Shown one piece after another: positions 30,351-39,785 of a stretch of DNA of 64,000 nucleotides. The stretch is taken from NCBI GenBank assembly GCA_043745785.1, contig JAYTSG010000004.1:570-64569 (forward strand), given 5' to 3'. The notes under the pieces are model-generated. The model was not told where the DNA came from and did not search any database. It saw only the letters and a list, made by a program, of their open reading frames with translations. Source of the stretch: a bacterium (GTDB lineage Bacteria; Patescibacteriota; Minisyncoccia; Phycocordibacterales; UBA5272). Position 1 is the first letter of the stretch. Every line of letters begins with the position of its first letter. The position numbers were made by a program, and so were the translations under genes.

Positions 30351-32393
30351 TTATGAGGCCATTTTTTTTAAAACATCTTCCGAGACCACAACAACGCCGA
30401 GCTTGTTTGCATCTTCTAATTTACTTCCTGCTTTTTCACCAGCAACGAGAAAATGTGTATTTTTAGAGACACTACTAGCAACTTTTCCTCCAGCGTCTTC
30501 AATCAGTTTTTTTGCCTCATCACGAGAAAGTGTGGGAAAGCTCCCTGTAAGTACAAATATTTTTCCTGCGAGTGCTCCCGCTTTGTCTTTACCGTACAAA
30601 CTATTTCTGATAGTTAAATGAGGAAGTAATCTCTGAAGTCTTTGCAGAGATTCTTCATCACTACAATAAAAAGTGAGTGATAGAGCTACTTTTTCACCGA
30701 TACCCGAAATAGTCATGAGGTCCTGATATCCTACATGAAGAAGGTCGTCTATAGTTTTTATTTTTTTGGCGAGCTCTTTTGCTGTCTCTTCACCAACATG
30801 ACGTATACCAAGAGCTCCGAGTAATTTATACAACTCAACATTTCTCGATCTCTCTCTTTCTTTAAGGAAATTATCGGCACTTTTTTCACCAAAACCTTCT
30901 AGATCTTTTAAATCCTCTTTCTTTATTTCAAAGAGAGAGGCATAATCAGTGACGAGACCAAGATCATGAAGCAACTCCACAATTTTTTCCCCGAGCCCTT
31001 CAATATTCATGCCTTTTTTAGAAACAAAGTAGCTGAGATTCTCGAGATGCTTCGCGGGGCAATTTTTATTCTTACAATAAAGTGCCGAAGAAAGTTCTTT
31101 ACCAAGATTCTCACGCTGTAATGATGAATGACATTCTGGACAATGACTTGGAAATATAAAAGGTTCAGCATTGACTACTCGTAGTGATGTAAAAACAGAG
31201 AATATCTCTGGTATGACATCACCCGCTTTTCGAAGGCCGACAGTATCTCCTGCGTACAGGTCAAGTCGTTTCATTTCATCGATATTATGTAGTGTTGCAC
31301 GTCTTACGAGAGAGCCCGCAATACGAGTCGGAGTAAGTTCTGCTACTGGGGTTATAGCTCCAGTTCGACCAACCTGATAGGTCACACCAAGTATTTTTGC
31401 AGTCGCCTCTTCTGCGGGAAACTTATAGGCAATGCCGGCCCGTGGACTCTTTGCAGTATAACCAAGAGTGCTCCATATTTTTCTATCATTTATTTTAATC
31501 ACTAAGCCATCGATACCGTATTCTTCATTATCTTTTCTTTCTTTCCATGAATCATAAAAAGCTTGCACCTCTTCAAGATTTTGACAGAGTTTACGTTCTT
31601 TGTTGACTAAAAAACCAAGTTCCTCAAGCAGAAAGAGCTCATCTTGTTGCGTGGCAAGTGTCAAGCCTTCAGTCTCTTCTTGTTTACTCTCTATATCATA
31701 AGCAAAAATTTTAATATTTCTCTTTGCTACTACTTGTGGATCAAGGAGACGTAAAGTGCCAGCTGAAAGATTGCGAGTATTTGCGTACACTTGTTCACCC
31801 TCCTTTATCCTCTCTTCATTAATGGTATATAAATCACTTTTTTTTATCCAAGCCTCCCCAATGACAGTGAGTGAAATATCTCTGGGTAGAATAAGAGGAA
31901 TACTTTTAACTGTCTTAATATTTTCAGTAATATCTTCACCTATTTTTCCATCACCTCTGGTGCTCGCCCGTATGAGCTCACCCTTTTCATACGTCATAAT
32001 AACTTTAAGCCCATCTATTTTCATTTCTACAAGATAAGAAGGGAGCTCAAACCTGTCACTTCTATTCTCATTTTTCATTAATAATTTTAGATTACGTTCC
32101 TGCCAAGAAGAAAGTTCCTCAAAAGAAAAAACATTATCAAAACTCCACTGAGGGTATTCATGCGTAACTTTAACAAAAGTTTCAATAGATTCGCCTCCTA
32201 TTCTTTGCGTCGGGGAAAGAGGGTGAGCAAGCTCTTCATGTTCTTTTTCAAGACCATCAAGCTCAGAAAGCAAAGAATCATAGGCTTCGTCGCTGATGGT
32301 TGGAGCATCATGCACATGATACAAAATCCTATGCTTTTCAAGCTCGTTACGGAGCTTCAGAACTCTTTCTTTTGCTTCTTCGTATGAAGTCAT
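30351..32393 (-). CDS. ligA: NAD-dependent DNA ligase
   Basis: EMKIDG adenylation motif, GRTG, zinc finger, HhH repeats, BRCT. Confidence 0.98.
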   Translation of the reverse strand: MTSYEEAKERVLKLRNELEKHRILYHVHDAPTISDEAYDSLLSELDGLEKEHEELAHPLSPTQRIGGESIETFVKVTHEYPQWSFDNVFSFEELSSWQERNLKLLMKNENRSDRFELPSYLVEMKIDGLKVIMTYEKGELIRASTRGDGKIGEDITENIKTVKSIPLILPRDISLTVIGEAWIKKSDLYTINEERIKEGEQVYANTRNLSAGTLRLLDPQVVAKRNIKIFAYDIESKQEETEGLTLATQQDELFLLEELGFLVNKERKLCQNLEEVQAFYDSWKERKDNEEYGIDGLVIKINDRKIWSTLGYTAKSPRAGIAYKFPAEEATAKILGVTYQVGRTGAITPVAELTPTRIAGSLVRRATLHNIDEMKRLDLYAGDTVGLRKAGDVIPEIFSVFTSLRVVNAEPFIFPSHCPECHSSLQRENLGKELSSALYCKNKNCPAKHLENLSYFVSKKGMNIEGLGEKIVELLHDLGLVTDYASLFEIKKEDLKDLEGFGEKSADNFLKERERSRNVELYKLLGALGIRHVGEETAKELAKKIKTIDDLLHVGYQDLMTISGIGEKVALSLTFYCSDEESLQRLQRLLPHLTIRNSLYGKDKAGALAGKIFVLTGSFPTLSRDEAKKLIEDAGGKVASSVSKNTHFLVAGEKAGSKLEDANKLGVVVVSEDVLKKMAS

Positions 32394-32415
32394 AGGACGA
32401 AGTATACCATGTTGA

Positions 32416-33069
32416 CTATGAACCTTCTGCGGACGATACGATGACTCTTTCTAATCTGTGCAGCGAATTAACTTCGCATGTTGAATAACCACTAACAATA
32501 ATTTGATTAAAACTAGGTGTTTTATTAAAAACTACTTTTGCACAACGACTGTCGCCATTAGTGAGAGGTAGCGAAAGTGTTAATGTTGATTTCTTACCAT
32601 CTTCGACAGAACCGTCAGACTTTGTGTATGTGTATGCGCTATAGGCAATACTCGTTACACTAGTATCAAAAATACGAACTCCTCCACATTTTACGTCAGT
32701 AAGGGCGATAGAAGGAAGACCTCTCACACTTCTATCAAAATTAGTCTGAACGATAGTGTCATCTATCTCACTTTGACTTTGAGCTACACTAAAAGGGGTA
32801 ATACTCGTAGGGAAAATACCATAACCAGTACTTCTATTGGTATAACTATTGTCTATAAATGCTACACAAGTCACTGCCATATCGGCGGCATTATAAGCAA
32901 TAAAACTATCACGAACGATACGCGTAAATTTTGCCTCTCTCACAATAATTGACGTAATACCAAATGATACAAGAAGTATAAGAGTTGAGAGAAGCATAGC
33001 AAGAGGGAGTATAAATCCATCAAGAGATACTTTCTTTTTTTTCATAAAATGGATGAAGATTCTTTTCAT
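32416..33069 (-). CDS. Minor pilin, PilX/GspK-like
   Basis: G|FILPLAMLL class III signal lacking Glu5; AYNAADMAVTC motif. Confidence 0.75.
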   Translation of the reverse strand: MKRIFIHFMKKKKVSLDGFILPLAMLLSTLILLVSFGITSIIVREAKFTRIVRDSFIAYNAADMAVTCVAFIDNSYTNRSTGYGIFPTSITPFSVAQSQSEIDDTIVQTNFDRSVRGLPSIALTDVKCGGVRIFDTSVTSIAYSAYTYTKSDGSVEDGKKSTLTLSLPLTNGDSRCAKVVFNKTPSFNQIIVSGYSTCEVNSLHRLERVIVSSAEGS

Positions 33070-33070
33070 A

Positions 33071-33826
33071 CTAGGATCTTGGTTTAATAAAATCTGTTAC
33101 AACTATACTTTTCTGTGTCCCTCGATAATTATAAAAAATGGTGACGTCAACCCTTACATCATCACGATATGAACATTCATACGAGGGACAAACTGAACCC
33201 ATCGATGTTAATTTAACAACCCTTCTTATTTGGGTGTTTATAGCTTTCGTTGTCGTGTGATCATTACAAAGATACATAAAATCTGTTGAAGATGTTGACG
33301 TAATGTTGTTTATTTGAACACTTCTGTCTTGATTAAGACTACTACAGTTACTAGTTGAGGCGTCATAAAGGTCTACAGGTATAGCGTTGGCGTTTGGATT
33401 TTTGAGTATGCCATACATATCAAAAACACAACCATTTACAGAGAAACAATAAGTATTACTCGTACCTCCAAACTGATTTTTAAAAACTTTCCAAGCAGTT
33501 TCATTCGGTGTTTCTTGCACTCCAGTAGACAAAATCGTAGACGAAGCAGCCAAGCACATAGCAGAACTAGGATCAGAACATTCCATAAAGACACTGTCGC
33601 GTCTAAAACGAACTAGTTCAATAGCCTCCTGACCTAAGAAAGTTGCTGTAAAAAGTTCTCGGCTGTAACGTATTTCTTGCGCTGCACGCCCGGCTATTAC
33701 CATTGGTCCACCAATAGAAACTGAAATAATAAAAATACCAATCATGGCTTCAATGAGAGTAAAGCCACACAACGGTTGATGAGAGAGACTCTTTTTTATA
33801 CGTCTGACAATGTGTAGTATATTCAT
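33071..33826 (-). CDS. Minor pilin, PilV-like
   Basis: G|FTLIEAMIGIFII; ATFLGQEAIELVR..RD. Confidence 0.82.
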   Translation of the reverse strand: MNILHIVRRIKKSLSHQPLCGFTLIEAMIGIFIISVSIGGPMVIAGRAAQEIRYSRELFTATFLGQEAIELVRFRRDSVFMECSDPSSAMCLAASSTILSTGVQETPNETAWKVFKNQFGGTSNTYCFSVNGCVFDMYGILKNPNANAIPVDLYDASTSNCSSLNQDRSVQINNITSTSSTDFMYLCNDHTTTKAINTQIRRVVKLTSMGSVCPSYECSYRDDVRVDVTIFYNYRGTQKSIVVTDFIKPRS

Positions 33827-33829
33827 ATG

Positions 33830-34519
33830 TTATATATCGATATGCCTTGCCGTAATAGTTGTCTGTAGCTGAAAATGAGAATCACCTGACTTAGTGTTCG
33901 AAATGATGGCTCTTCCTGCGATAATCATGGTTATCACTGGTTGAAAATTATCTGCTGTTGATCCAGGAGCATTTGCGGTGCTGTCATTAGTCATCACCGT
34001 CTGTGTCGTGTTTGCTCCTTGCACGAAAAAACGAAGTGTATCTATATAAACATCATCTCCGGTAATAGGGAGAGTGGAAGTAGCTCCAAGAGTATCGAGT
34101 ACATATTCATACACTTTTCCTCCAGAAAGATAATATCCTTTACGTACGTTAGCTGCCACTGCCCCCGAGGGCTTAAACATGAGAGCAGTTCCCCCTTCTA
34201 GACTGACGCCAGGATAACTACTCCACAGAAAAGGACAGCCTTGTCGATAGGCTCTATACGTATCTTCTATATTGTTACTACAAAAGAAGACACTACCGTA
34301 ACGAACATCTCGAGAGATAAGGTCAAAACTATTATTAAGATTATCCATCACCAGACGCAAACCATCGACCCTAGCATATGAATGTTGTACCGCGAAGAGC
34401 GCTTCTATTGCTATAGTCATAGCCGTCACGAATATAGAAGAAGCGATAAGGAGTTCAATCAAAGTAAAGCCACTACGTGAGTTACCTTTTATTATTTTTA
34501 TGAGAGACCTCTTATGCAT
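33830..34519 (-). CDS. Minor pilin, PilW/GspJ-like
   Basis: G|FTLIELLIASSIF; DNLNNSFDLISRDVR; LQTTITAR. Confidence 0.82.
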   Translation of the reverse strand: MHKRSLIKIIKGNSRSGFTLIELLIASSIFVTAMTIAIEALFAVQHSYARVDGLRLVMDNLNNSFDLISRDVRYGSVFFCSNNIEDTYRAYRQGCPFLWSSYPGVSLEGGTALMFKPSGAVAANVRKGYYLSGGKVYEYVLDTLGATSTLPITGDDVYIDTLRFFVQGANTTQTVMTNDSTANAPGSTADNFQPVITMIIAGRAIISNTKSGDSHFQLQTTITARHIDI

Positions 34520-34525
34520 GAGTAT

Positions 34526-36232
34526 TTAGTGTACTAAAATTTTAGTAACATTATTTGAACCATTGTTTGCAGTGTAAACATTGCCAAAGTTGTCTACCGT
34601 AATAGATTCTGGCGAGTTTCCAGTAGTTCCATAATTGACGGTAACAATGCCAGCGGTAGATATTTTTGTCACAGTACTTGAGTTTTGATTTGCAGTAAAG
34701 ACATTTCCTGAAGAATCAGTAGCGATAGCTGCTGGACTTGCTCCTGTCGATCCTCCAAAATTTAGTGTAACGATACCAGAACTGTTAATTTTAGTAACAC
34801 TATCCTTACTAGTATTTGCAGTAAAAACATTATTAAAAACATCAGTCGCAATTGCATAGGGAGTAACTCCTGTACTAGCAAAATTAATGGTAACGAGTCC
34901 ACTTGCATCTATTTTAGAAACAGTATTATTGCCAAAATTTGCAGTATAGACATTATCAGCTGTATCAATTGCAATATCATTAGGATTTGTTCCGACGGAA
35001 AACTGAGCTACTAAAACCCCTGCTGGACTTACTTTTAGAACTTTACTTTGACTAAATAGAGCGACATAAATATTTCCAAATGAGTCAACATCTATAGCAA
35101 CTGGACGCCCCCCAGTGAGATAAAAAGGAGTGACAGCAACCCCCGTACTCATATCAACTTTTGAAATACTGCCAGGCGCTCCATAGTCTGCTGTGTAGAG
35201 GCTTGACCTCGCTTCATCAAGTACGATTCCTTTTGGTAAGGGTCCGACATTACTAAAAAATACACCAAGTCCAGCGGGACTTATTTTAGCCACGTCTGAA
35301 GGACCGAAATTTGATGTGTACATATTTCCTAGCGAGTCTACAGCTATATCCGATGGATTGACACCTGAAAATCCGCTAATAGGAAAAGTCTGACTATTTG
35401 ATTTATTTTCAGTACAGCTACTAGTTCCACCACCATTTTGCCCACTACATTGCCAAGTCCATGTGTTTACTCCACTTAGGGGGCTACTGCTATTGCCAGT
35501 CACACAAGAATAATGCAGGGTACTACAAACTCCAGAAGTAGGGAGTAGTGTCAACGGTCCCACTTGCGTACACCTGCCCAATAAAGTTGAAATAAGTCCA
35601 GTCTTAGTTACTAGTACACTTCTTGAATAGCCATTTTTATGACTTGCTTCGTCAATTTTATTTGAAACAAGTTCGACGCAACTAGCCGCATACAGTGTAC
35701 TTGTGCTATTGTTAACAAAAATCCATGGCTCTGGGTTCGGCCTTTCATACTCAATACTTAAATCTGTAAAATCACCATTCTTACTACAAAAGGAAAATGG
35801 TCTGCTGATAGTAGTGCTACTGACACAGGTGTTATCTATATGAAATCCTTCAGGAAGGGTTACCGTCTTAAAATTTTCAGTCACCCCATCGTAAAGACGA
35901 TTACCAAGAAATATGCCATTTCTCTGGTTGGTAGTTATTTTATCTGCGTACTCTTTATACATTTGACTGCTGTTGCTTGCAAATTGCATACCAAATCCTG
36001 CATATGCTTGTCCGTAAGTGCTGACAGAACTCGCTTTAAGTTGAGCTTCACGAATATCACTTCCTAAATCACCTGTCATATTTGATAATCTCGTTTTCTC
36101 TGCTGAGTCTGGGTATCTTGAAAGCACCACAGTAGAGAGAGTTCCAATAATAGCGAGCACCACCATCATTTCAATAAGAGTAAAGCCTTTTCTATGAAAT
36201 ATTTTGCTGGGCAGCTGATAACGAGACTTCAT
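34526..36232 (-). CDS. FimT/GspH-like minor pilin fused to a C-terminal NHL beta-propeller
   Basis: G|FTLIEMMVV; about seven P..IA.D..GN.YTAN....V.KI repeats. Confidence 0.85.
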   Translation of the reverse strand: MKSRYQLPSKIFHRKGFTLIEMMVVLAIIGTLSTVVLSRYPDSAEKTRLSNMTGDLGSDIREAQLKASSVSTYGQAYAGFGMQFASNSSQMYKEYADKITTNQRNGIFLGNRLYDGVTENFKTVTLPEGFHIDNTCVSSTTISRPFSFCSKNGDFTDLSIEYERPNPEPWIFVNNSTSTLYAASCVELVSNKIDEASHKNGYSRSVLVTKTGLISTLLGRCTQVGPLTLLPTSGVCSTLHYSCVTGNSSSPLSGVNTWTWQCSGQNGGGTSSCTENKSNSQTFPISGFSGVNPSDIAVDSLGNMYTSNFGPSDVAKISPAGLGVFFSNVGPLPKGIVLDEARSSLYTADYGAPGSISKVDMSTGVAVTPFYLTGGRPVAIDVDSFGNIYVALFSQSKVLKVSPAGVLVAQFSVGTNPNDIAIDTADNVYTANFGNNTVSKIDASGLVTINFASTGVTPYAIATDVFNNVFTANTSKDSVTKINSSGIVTLNFGGSTGASPAAIATDSSGNVFTANQNSSTVTKISTAGIVTVNYGTTGNSPESITVDNFGNVYTANNGSNNVTKILVH

Positions 36233-36481
36233 AGAGATATGATACCACGAGAATCTACCTACGTCATTGGAACAAGAAAGCTTTCAAAGTTTTTTAAACG
36301 CTACTTTAGGTGATACTGCATCACACCTTTATCTGCTGGAGACAGCTCTAACTTAAACTAGCAACTACACAGACGCAAGCTCGGGTGAATTAAATCCGTG
36401 CAAAAGTTTTCACGAAAGTAGTTTAAGGACTTGCTCATATGATATACCTAGTACTCTCTTACTAGACTAGTACTTGTATAT

Positions 36482-38065
36482 CTAAGGTACTAAGTAACAA
36501 AGATCAGATCTCCACGTACAGTCTGGTTGTCTAGGAGTAAGAGTAGTGTCACCTCCTGGACAGTACAGAGGAGTTCCTGTACACGTCCCTGGTGTTACTG
36601 CTATTGGTGGCACAGTTACTATATATCGAGATTTTCTAGCAGTGTTTCCAGCCACATCTGCCACTGAGTAGACTTCTGTAGTGACTGCGTCTGGTATAGA
36701 GGTATTAAGAGTGGTTGTAGCGAGGGTGATGCGGGTAGAGGTGGCTTGCGTGACGGTGATTTTGCTGACATTATTTGAGTAATAGTTTGCGGTATAGATA
36801 TTGCCGGATGAGTCGATGGTGATTCCTTGAGGACTTGTACCCGTACTACCTAAGATACTTGATACTCCAGCGGGGGTGATTTTGCTGACATTATTTGAGG
36901 TATAGTTTGCGGTATAGATATTGCCGGATGAGTCGATGGTGATGGCATAAGGAGATGTACCCGTACTACCTACTAAGATACTTGATACTCCAGCGGGGGT
37001 GATTTTACTGACATTATTTGAACCAACGTTTGCGGTATAGATATTGCCGGATGAGTCGATGGTGATTCCTTGAGGATTTGAGCCATTAAGAAACTGAGCG
37101 AGAATAGAAGAAGTCGCAGACTCTGGCGTAGCCACTGTATATGCGACAGTAGTATACGCTCTCGTAATCTTTGAAGTAATGTTGCCATCGACATTGTCCA
37201 TCGCAGTTGCGCCTGGGTCGATATAGCCACTAGACTGTGTGAGCCAGTATATTTGAGAGTTATTGAGTGTGATAACTGGTGCAGTCTTGTCGGTACCAAA
37301 AATAGTTGAGGTATTACCCGAAGTTATCAAACCACCTACACCAGAGTTGGGAGTGGTGTTGAATGTAACATCAGTCGGTGCTTCATCGCAGGCTCCGAGT
37401 GCGGTTGTAGAAAAGCCAGACTGAGAGATAATCATGTTACGCACTTTACCGACTGCTATAGAATTTTTAGAAGCAAACTCAATACACGTAGCAGCATAGC
37501 GGGTACTGGTTGCATTGTTGATATAAATAATTGGCTGAGTCGTTGAACGAGCATAACTAACCGTGACGGTACCTAAAGCACTATTAGTGCGAGAACAAGA
37601 AGAAGTAGCAAAAGGACGTGCTGTGCCGTCTCCAACGCAAATATTACGCAAATAGAAACCTTCAGGGATTTTGACTATTTTTGAGATTTCTGTTGCAGCA
37701 TTAAAAATGCTATCACCGATAAGACTACCAGAGAGGTCAGTACTCGATCCTATTTGCATATCTTTAAACTGCACAAACTTCGTTGTTGAGGCAGCGTCAA
37801 AATAAAGACCATACCCTGCTGCTGTATCGCCTGATGTTTCAATACCTCCAGCTTTCAATTGTGAATCTCTAGCGACACCTTGCATGTCTGAGACAGCATT
37901 AGCAAGTTCTACTTTAGTCGCAGAATCTGGATAATTTGCAAGAAGTATTGATGAAATCAGTGCAAAAAGAGCCATGGTAACCATGACATCAATAAGAGTA
38001 AAGCCAGACTCTTTTTCATTACTTTCTTTTAATAATTTTCCAAGCTTTGTAAGTATTTTTTTCAT
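36482..38065 (-). CDS. FimT-like minor pilin fused to an Ig-like (DUF5011-type) domain containing three NHL repeats
   Basis: G|FTLIDVMV; APVITL...DPGATAMDNVDG...YSVADVAGN; three ITIDSSGNIYTAN repeats. Confidence 0.8.
   Translation of the reverse strand: MKKILTKLGKLLKESNEKESGFTLIDVMVTMALFALISSILLANYPDSATKVELANAVSDMQGVARDSQLKAGGIETSGDTAAGYGLYFDAASTTKFVQFKDMQIGSSTDLSGSLIGDSIFNAATEISKIVKIPEGFYLRNICVGDGTARPFATSSCSRTNSALGTVTVSYARSTTQPIIYINNATSTRYAATCIEFASKNSIAVGKVRNMIISQSGFSTTALGACDEAPTDVTFNTTPNSGVGGLITSGNTSTIFGTDKTAPVITLNNSQIYWLTQSSGYIDPGATAMDNVDGNITSKITRAYTTVAYTVATPESATSSILAQFLNGSNPQGITIDSSGNIYTANVGSNNVSKITPAGVSSILVGSTGTSPYAITIDSSGNIYTANYTSNNVSKITPAGVSSILGSTGTSPQGITIDSSGNIYTANYYSNNVSKITVTQATSTRITLATTTLNTSIPDAVTTEVYSVADVAGNTARKSRYIVTVPPIAVTPGTCTGTPLYCPGGDTTLTPRQPDCTWRSDLCYLVP
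36755..37080. repeat. Intragenic near-identical tandem repeats, period 120/123 nt
   Basis: GGTGATTTT(G/A)CTGACATTATTTGA at 36755, 36875 and 36998. Confidence 0.9.
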
Positions 38066-38068
38066 TAT

Positions 38069-38857
38069 TTATAGCATAGCACGATAGATAAGCGTCACGA
38101 GCTCTGATACTTGCCAACCTGTGAACAATACAAGCAGAAAAGAGATAATAATAAATGGTGCGAAGGGAATAGCTCTATCTTTTTTTATCTTTTTAAGAAG
38201 TAAAAGTGGGATAACGGTGAGTGTCCCTATCCAAAGGGATAACAAAAAGACCATAATACCTTCATCCAGAGTTACAAATGCACCAACACCCGCAAAAAGA
38301 AGCACGTCACCAAAACCTACCCCTCTACCGAGGGTAATAAGAAAAAGCAAGAGGTACGGAAGAGCTACGATGAAAGGACTCGCCAGTTCGAGATATGAAT
38401 GGCTGACTCCAAATCTACTAATAAGTGGAAAGAGTGACAACGTTAGAAAAAGATAGAGAAAAACTCTTGGAATAATCTTATGATTGAGATCATACAGAAA
38501 AATGACTCCGAGAGTAACGATTGTGACGAGAAGAAAGGCAAGATACATCAGTTCATGAGAAGAAAGGATATGGAGCGGAAGTATGTATTTTGCTGTAACG
38601 ACAGCAAAAAGGAAACCAAACACTGCTTCAAAAATGGCATGAGTATACCCAAATCGAACTTTACAATAGCGACATTTCCCTCTCAATAAAAGACACGATA
38701 CCATAGGTATCATGTCTTTCGTTGAAAGCATATGTGAGCAGGAGAGACACTTACTGCGACTATTTATTATTGGAGCGACATGAAGTCTGCCAGCAATAAC
38801 GCCAACAAAACTACCAAACGCAGTACCGACAATAAATGAGAGAGCGAGAATCACCAC
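38069..38857 (-). CDS. pilD: Prepilin peptidase
   Basis: RSKCLSC, GKCRYC, YD and GFGD catalytic Asp motifs, IPFAPF. Confidence 0.93.
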   Translation of the reverse strand: MVILALSFIVGTAFGSFVGVIAGRLHVAPIINSRSKCLSCSHMLSTKDMIPMVSCLLLRGKCRYCKVRFGYTHAIFEAVFGFLFAVVTAKYILPLHILSSHELMYLAFLLVTIVTLGVIFLYDLNHKIIPRVFLYLFLTLSLFPLISRFGVSHSYLELASPFIVALPYLLLFLITLGRGVGFGDVLLFAGVGAFVTLDEGIMVFLLSLWIGTLTVIPLLLLKKIKKDRAIPFAPFIIISFLLVLFTGWQVSELVTLIYRAML

Positions 38858-38872
38858 AAACTTTTTGTATAC

Positions 38873-39679
38873 TTAGTAAGCGTCAGAGAGATCAAAAACA
38901 CACATATCTACTGTCGCGCAAGTTGATGAGGCATTTTCATTTGTTCCTTTTCCGTAGAAGTCAGAATCTTGGTTTGGAATCATGGTATGCGCTAGGAAAT
39001 TATAGTGCTGGAAACCCCACGGTGAAGGCCCTACAACTGCAAGTGGAGTACCAACGGGTGTAACACCAGTAAGTAAGGCTGACGTTCCTACCACTGGACT
39101 AGTAGATGAAGTAAGAGGGTGGAAGAAAGCTGAGGATACAGATGACGTAGACTGAACAATGAAGTTCACGCACGGTCCACCAATCTTTTGTCCTGTCATA
39201 CCTGAGGTTGATGTACTAATAACCCCCCAACAGTCATTGTCGTCCGCAAGTACTGTGTTAAAGACTTCGAGTGAAACTCCGAGGTGATATCCAAATGTTG
39301 TTGTTCCGTAAGTTGCGCTTGCAAGTGAGGAAGGAGAGAGACCTCTGTATGAGACAAACATAGTCTTATCCTTAGCTGATCCTGACTTGAGACTCGATGG
39401 TAGGTTTGGCATATACTGAGGTGAAAGACTAGAGAGGTCAATACCTAGTGCTGTTGTAGAACCCGCCGGGTACTGCCCATTGTCATTAGCGAAGTTTGCA
39501 AGAGCAGTTTGCATCTGCTTGATTTCAGCAATTTTCTTAACGTCTTTAGCTTTCTTACGAGCTGTCTGCACTGGTGCTGCAACGATGGTCGAAAGAAGAC
39601 CAATGATGGCGATTACCACGAGTAGTTCGATAAGGGTAAAGCCTTTAAATGATTTTTTTGTTAATGTAGTAAGTTGCAT
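38873..39679 (-). CDS. Type IV major pilin (PilA/GspG-like)
   Basis: G|FTLIELLVVIAIIGLLSTIV; start ATG 39679; own promoter TTGTAA-16-TACACT at 39710-39737. Confidence 0.88.
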   Translation of the reverse strand: MQLTTLTKKSFKGFTLIELLVVIAIIGLLSTIVAAPVQTARKKAKDVKKIAEIKQMQTALANFANDNGQYPAGSTTALGIDLSSLSPQYMPNLPSSLKSGSAKDKTMFVSYRGLSPSSLASATYGTTTFGYHLGVSLEVFNTVLADDNDCWGVISTSTSGMTGQKIGGPCVNFIVQSTSSVSSAFFHPLTSSTSPVVGTSALLTGVTPVGTPLAVVGPSPWGFQHYNFLAHTMIPNQDSDFYGKGTNENASSTCATVDMCVFDLSDAY

Positions 39680-39785
39680 AATATTATGTACTAATAATTG
39701 TACTCTTTTAGTGTAGCAAGTATCTTTTGTATTACAAGCAGTTATGCACAGTTTTTTCGTGAAATATATCTGCAAATGATTCGCA

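Noticed and set aside
16846-32393. Inteins or introns in recA, gyrA or ligA
   Set aside because: Protein lengths and motif spacing are normal; no insertion seen
36755-37080. Possible DGR template/variable repeat pair or CRISPR array
   Set aside because: Repeats are in-frame coding units, differences are not adenine-specific, there are no unique spacers, and no reverse transcriptase or cas gene is in the window
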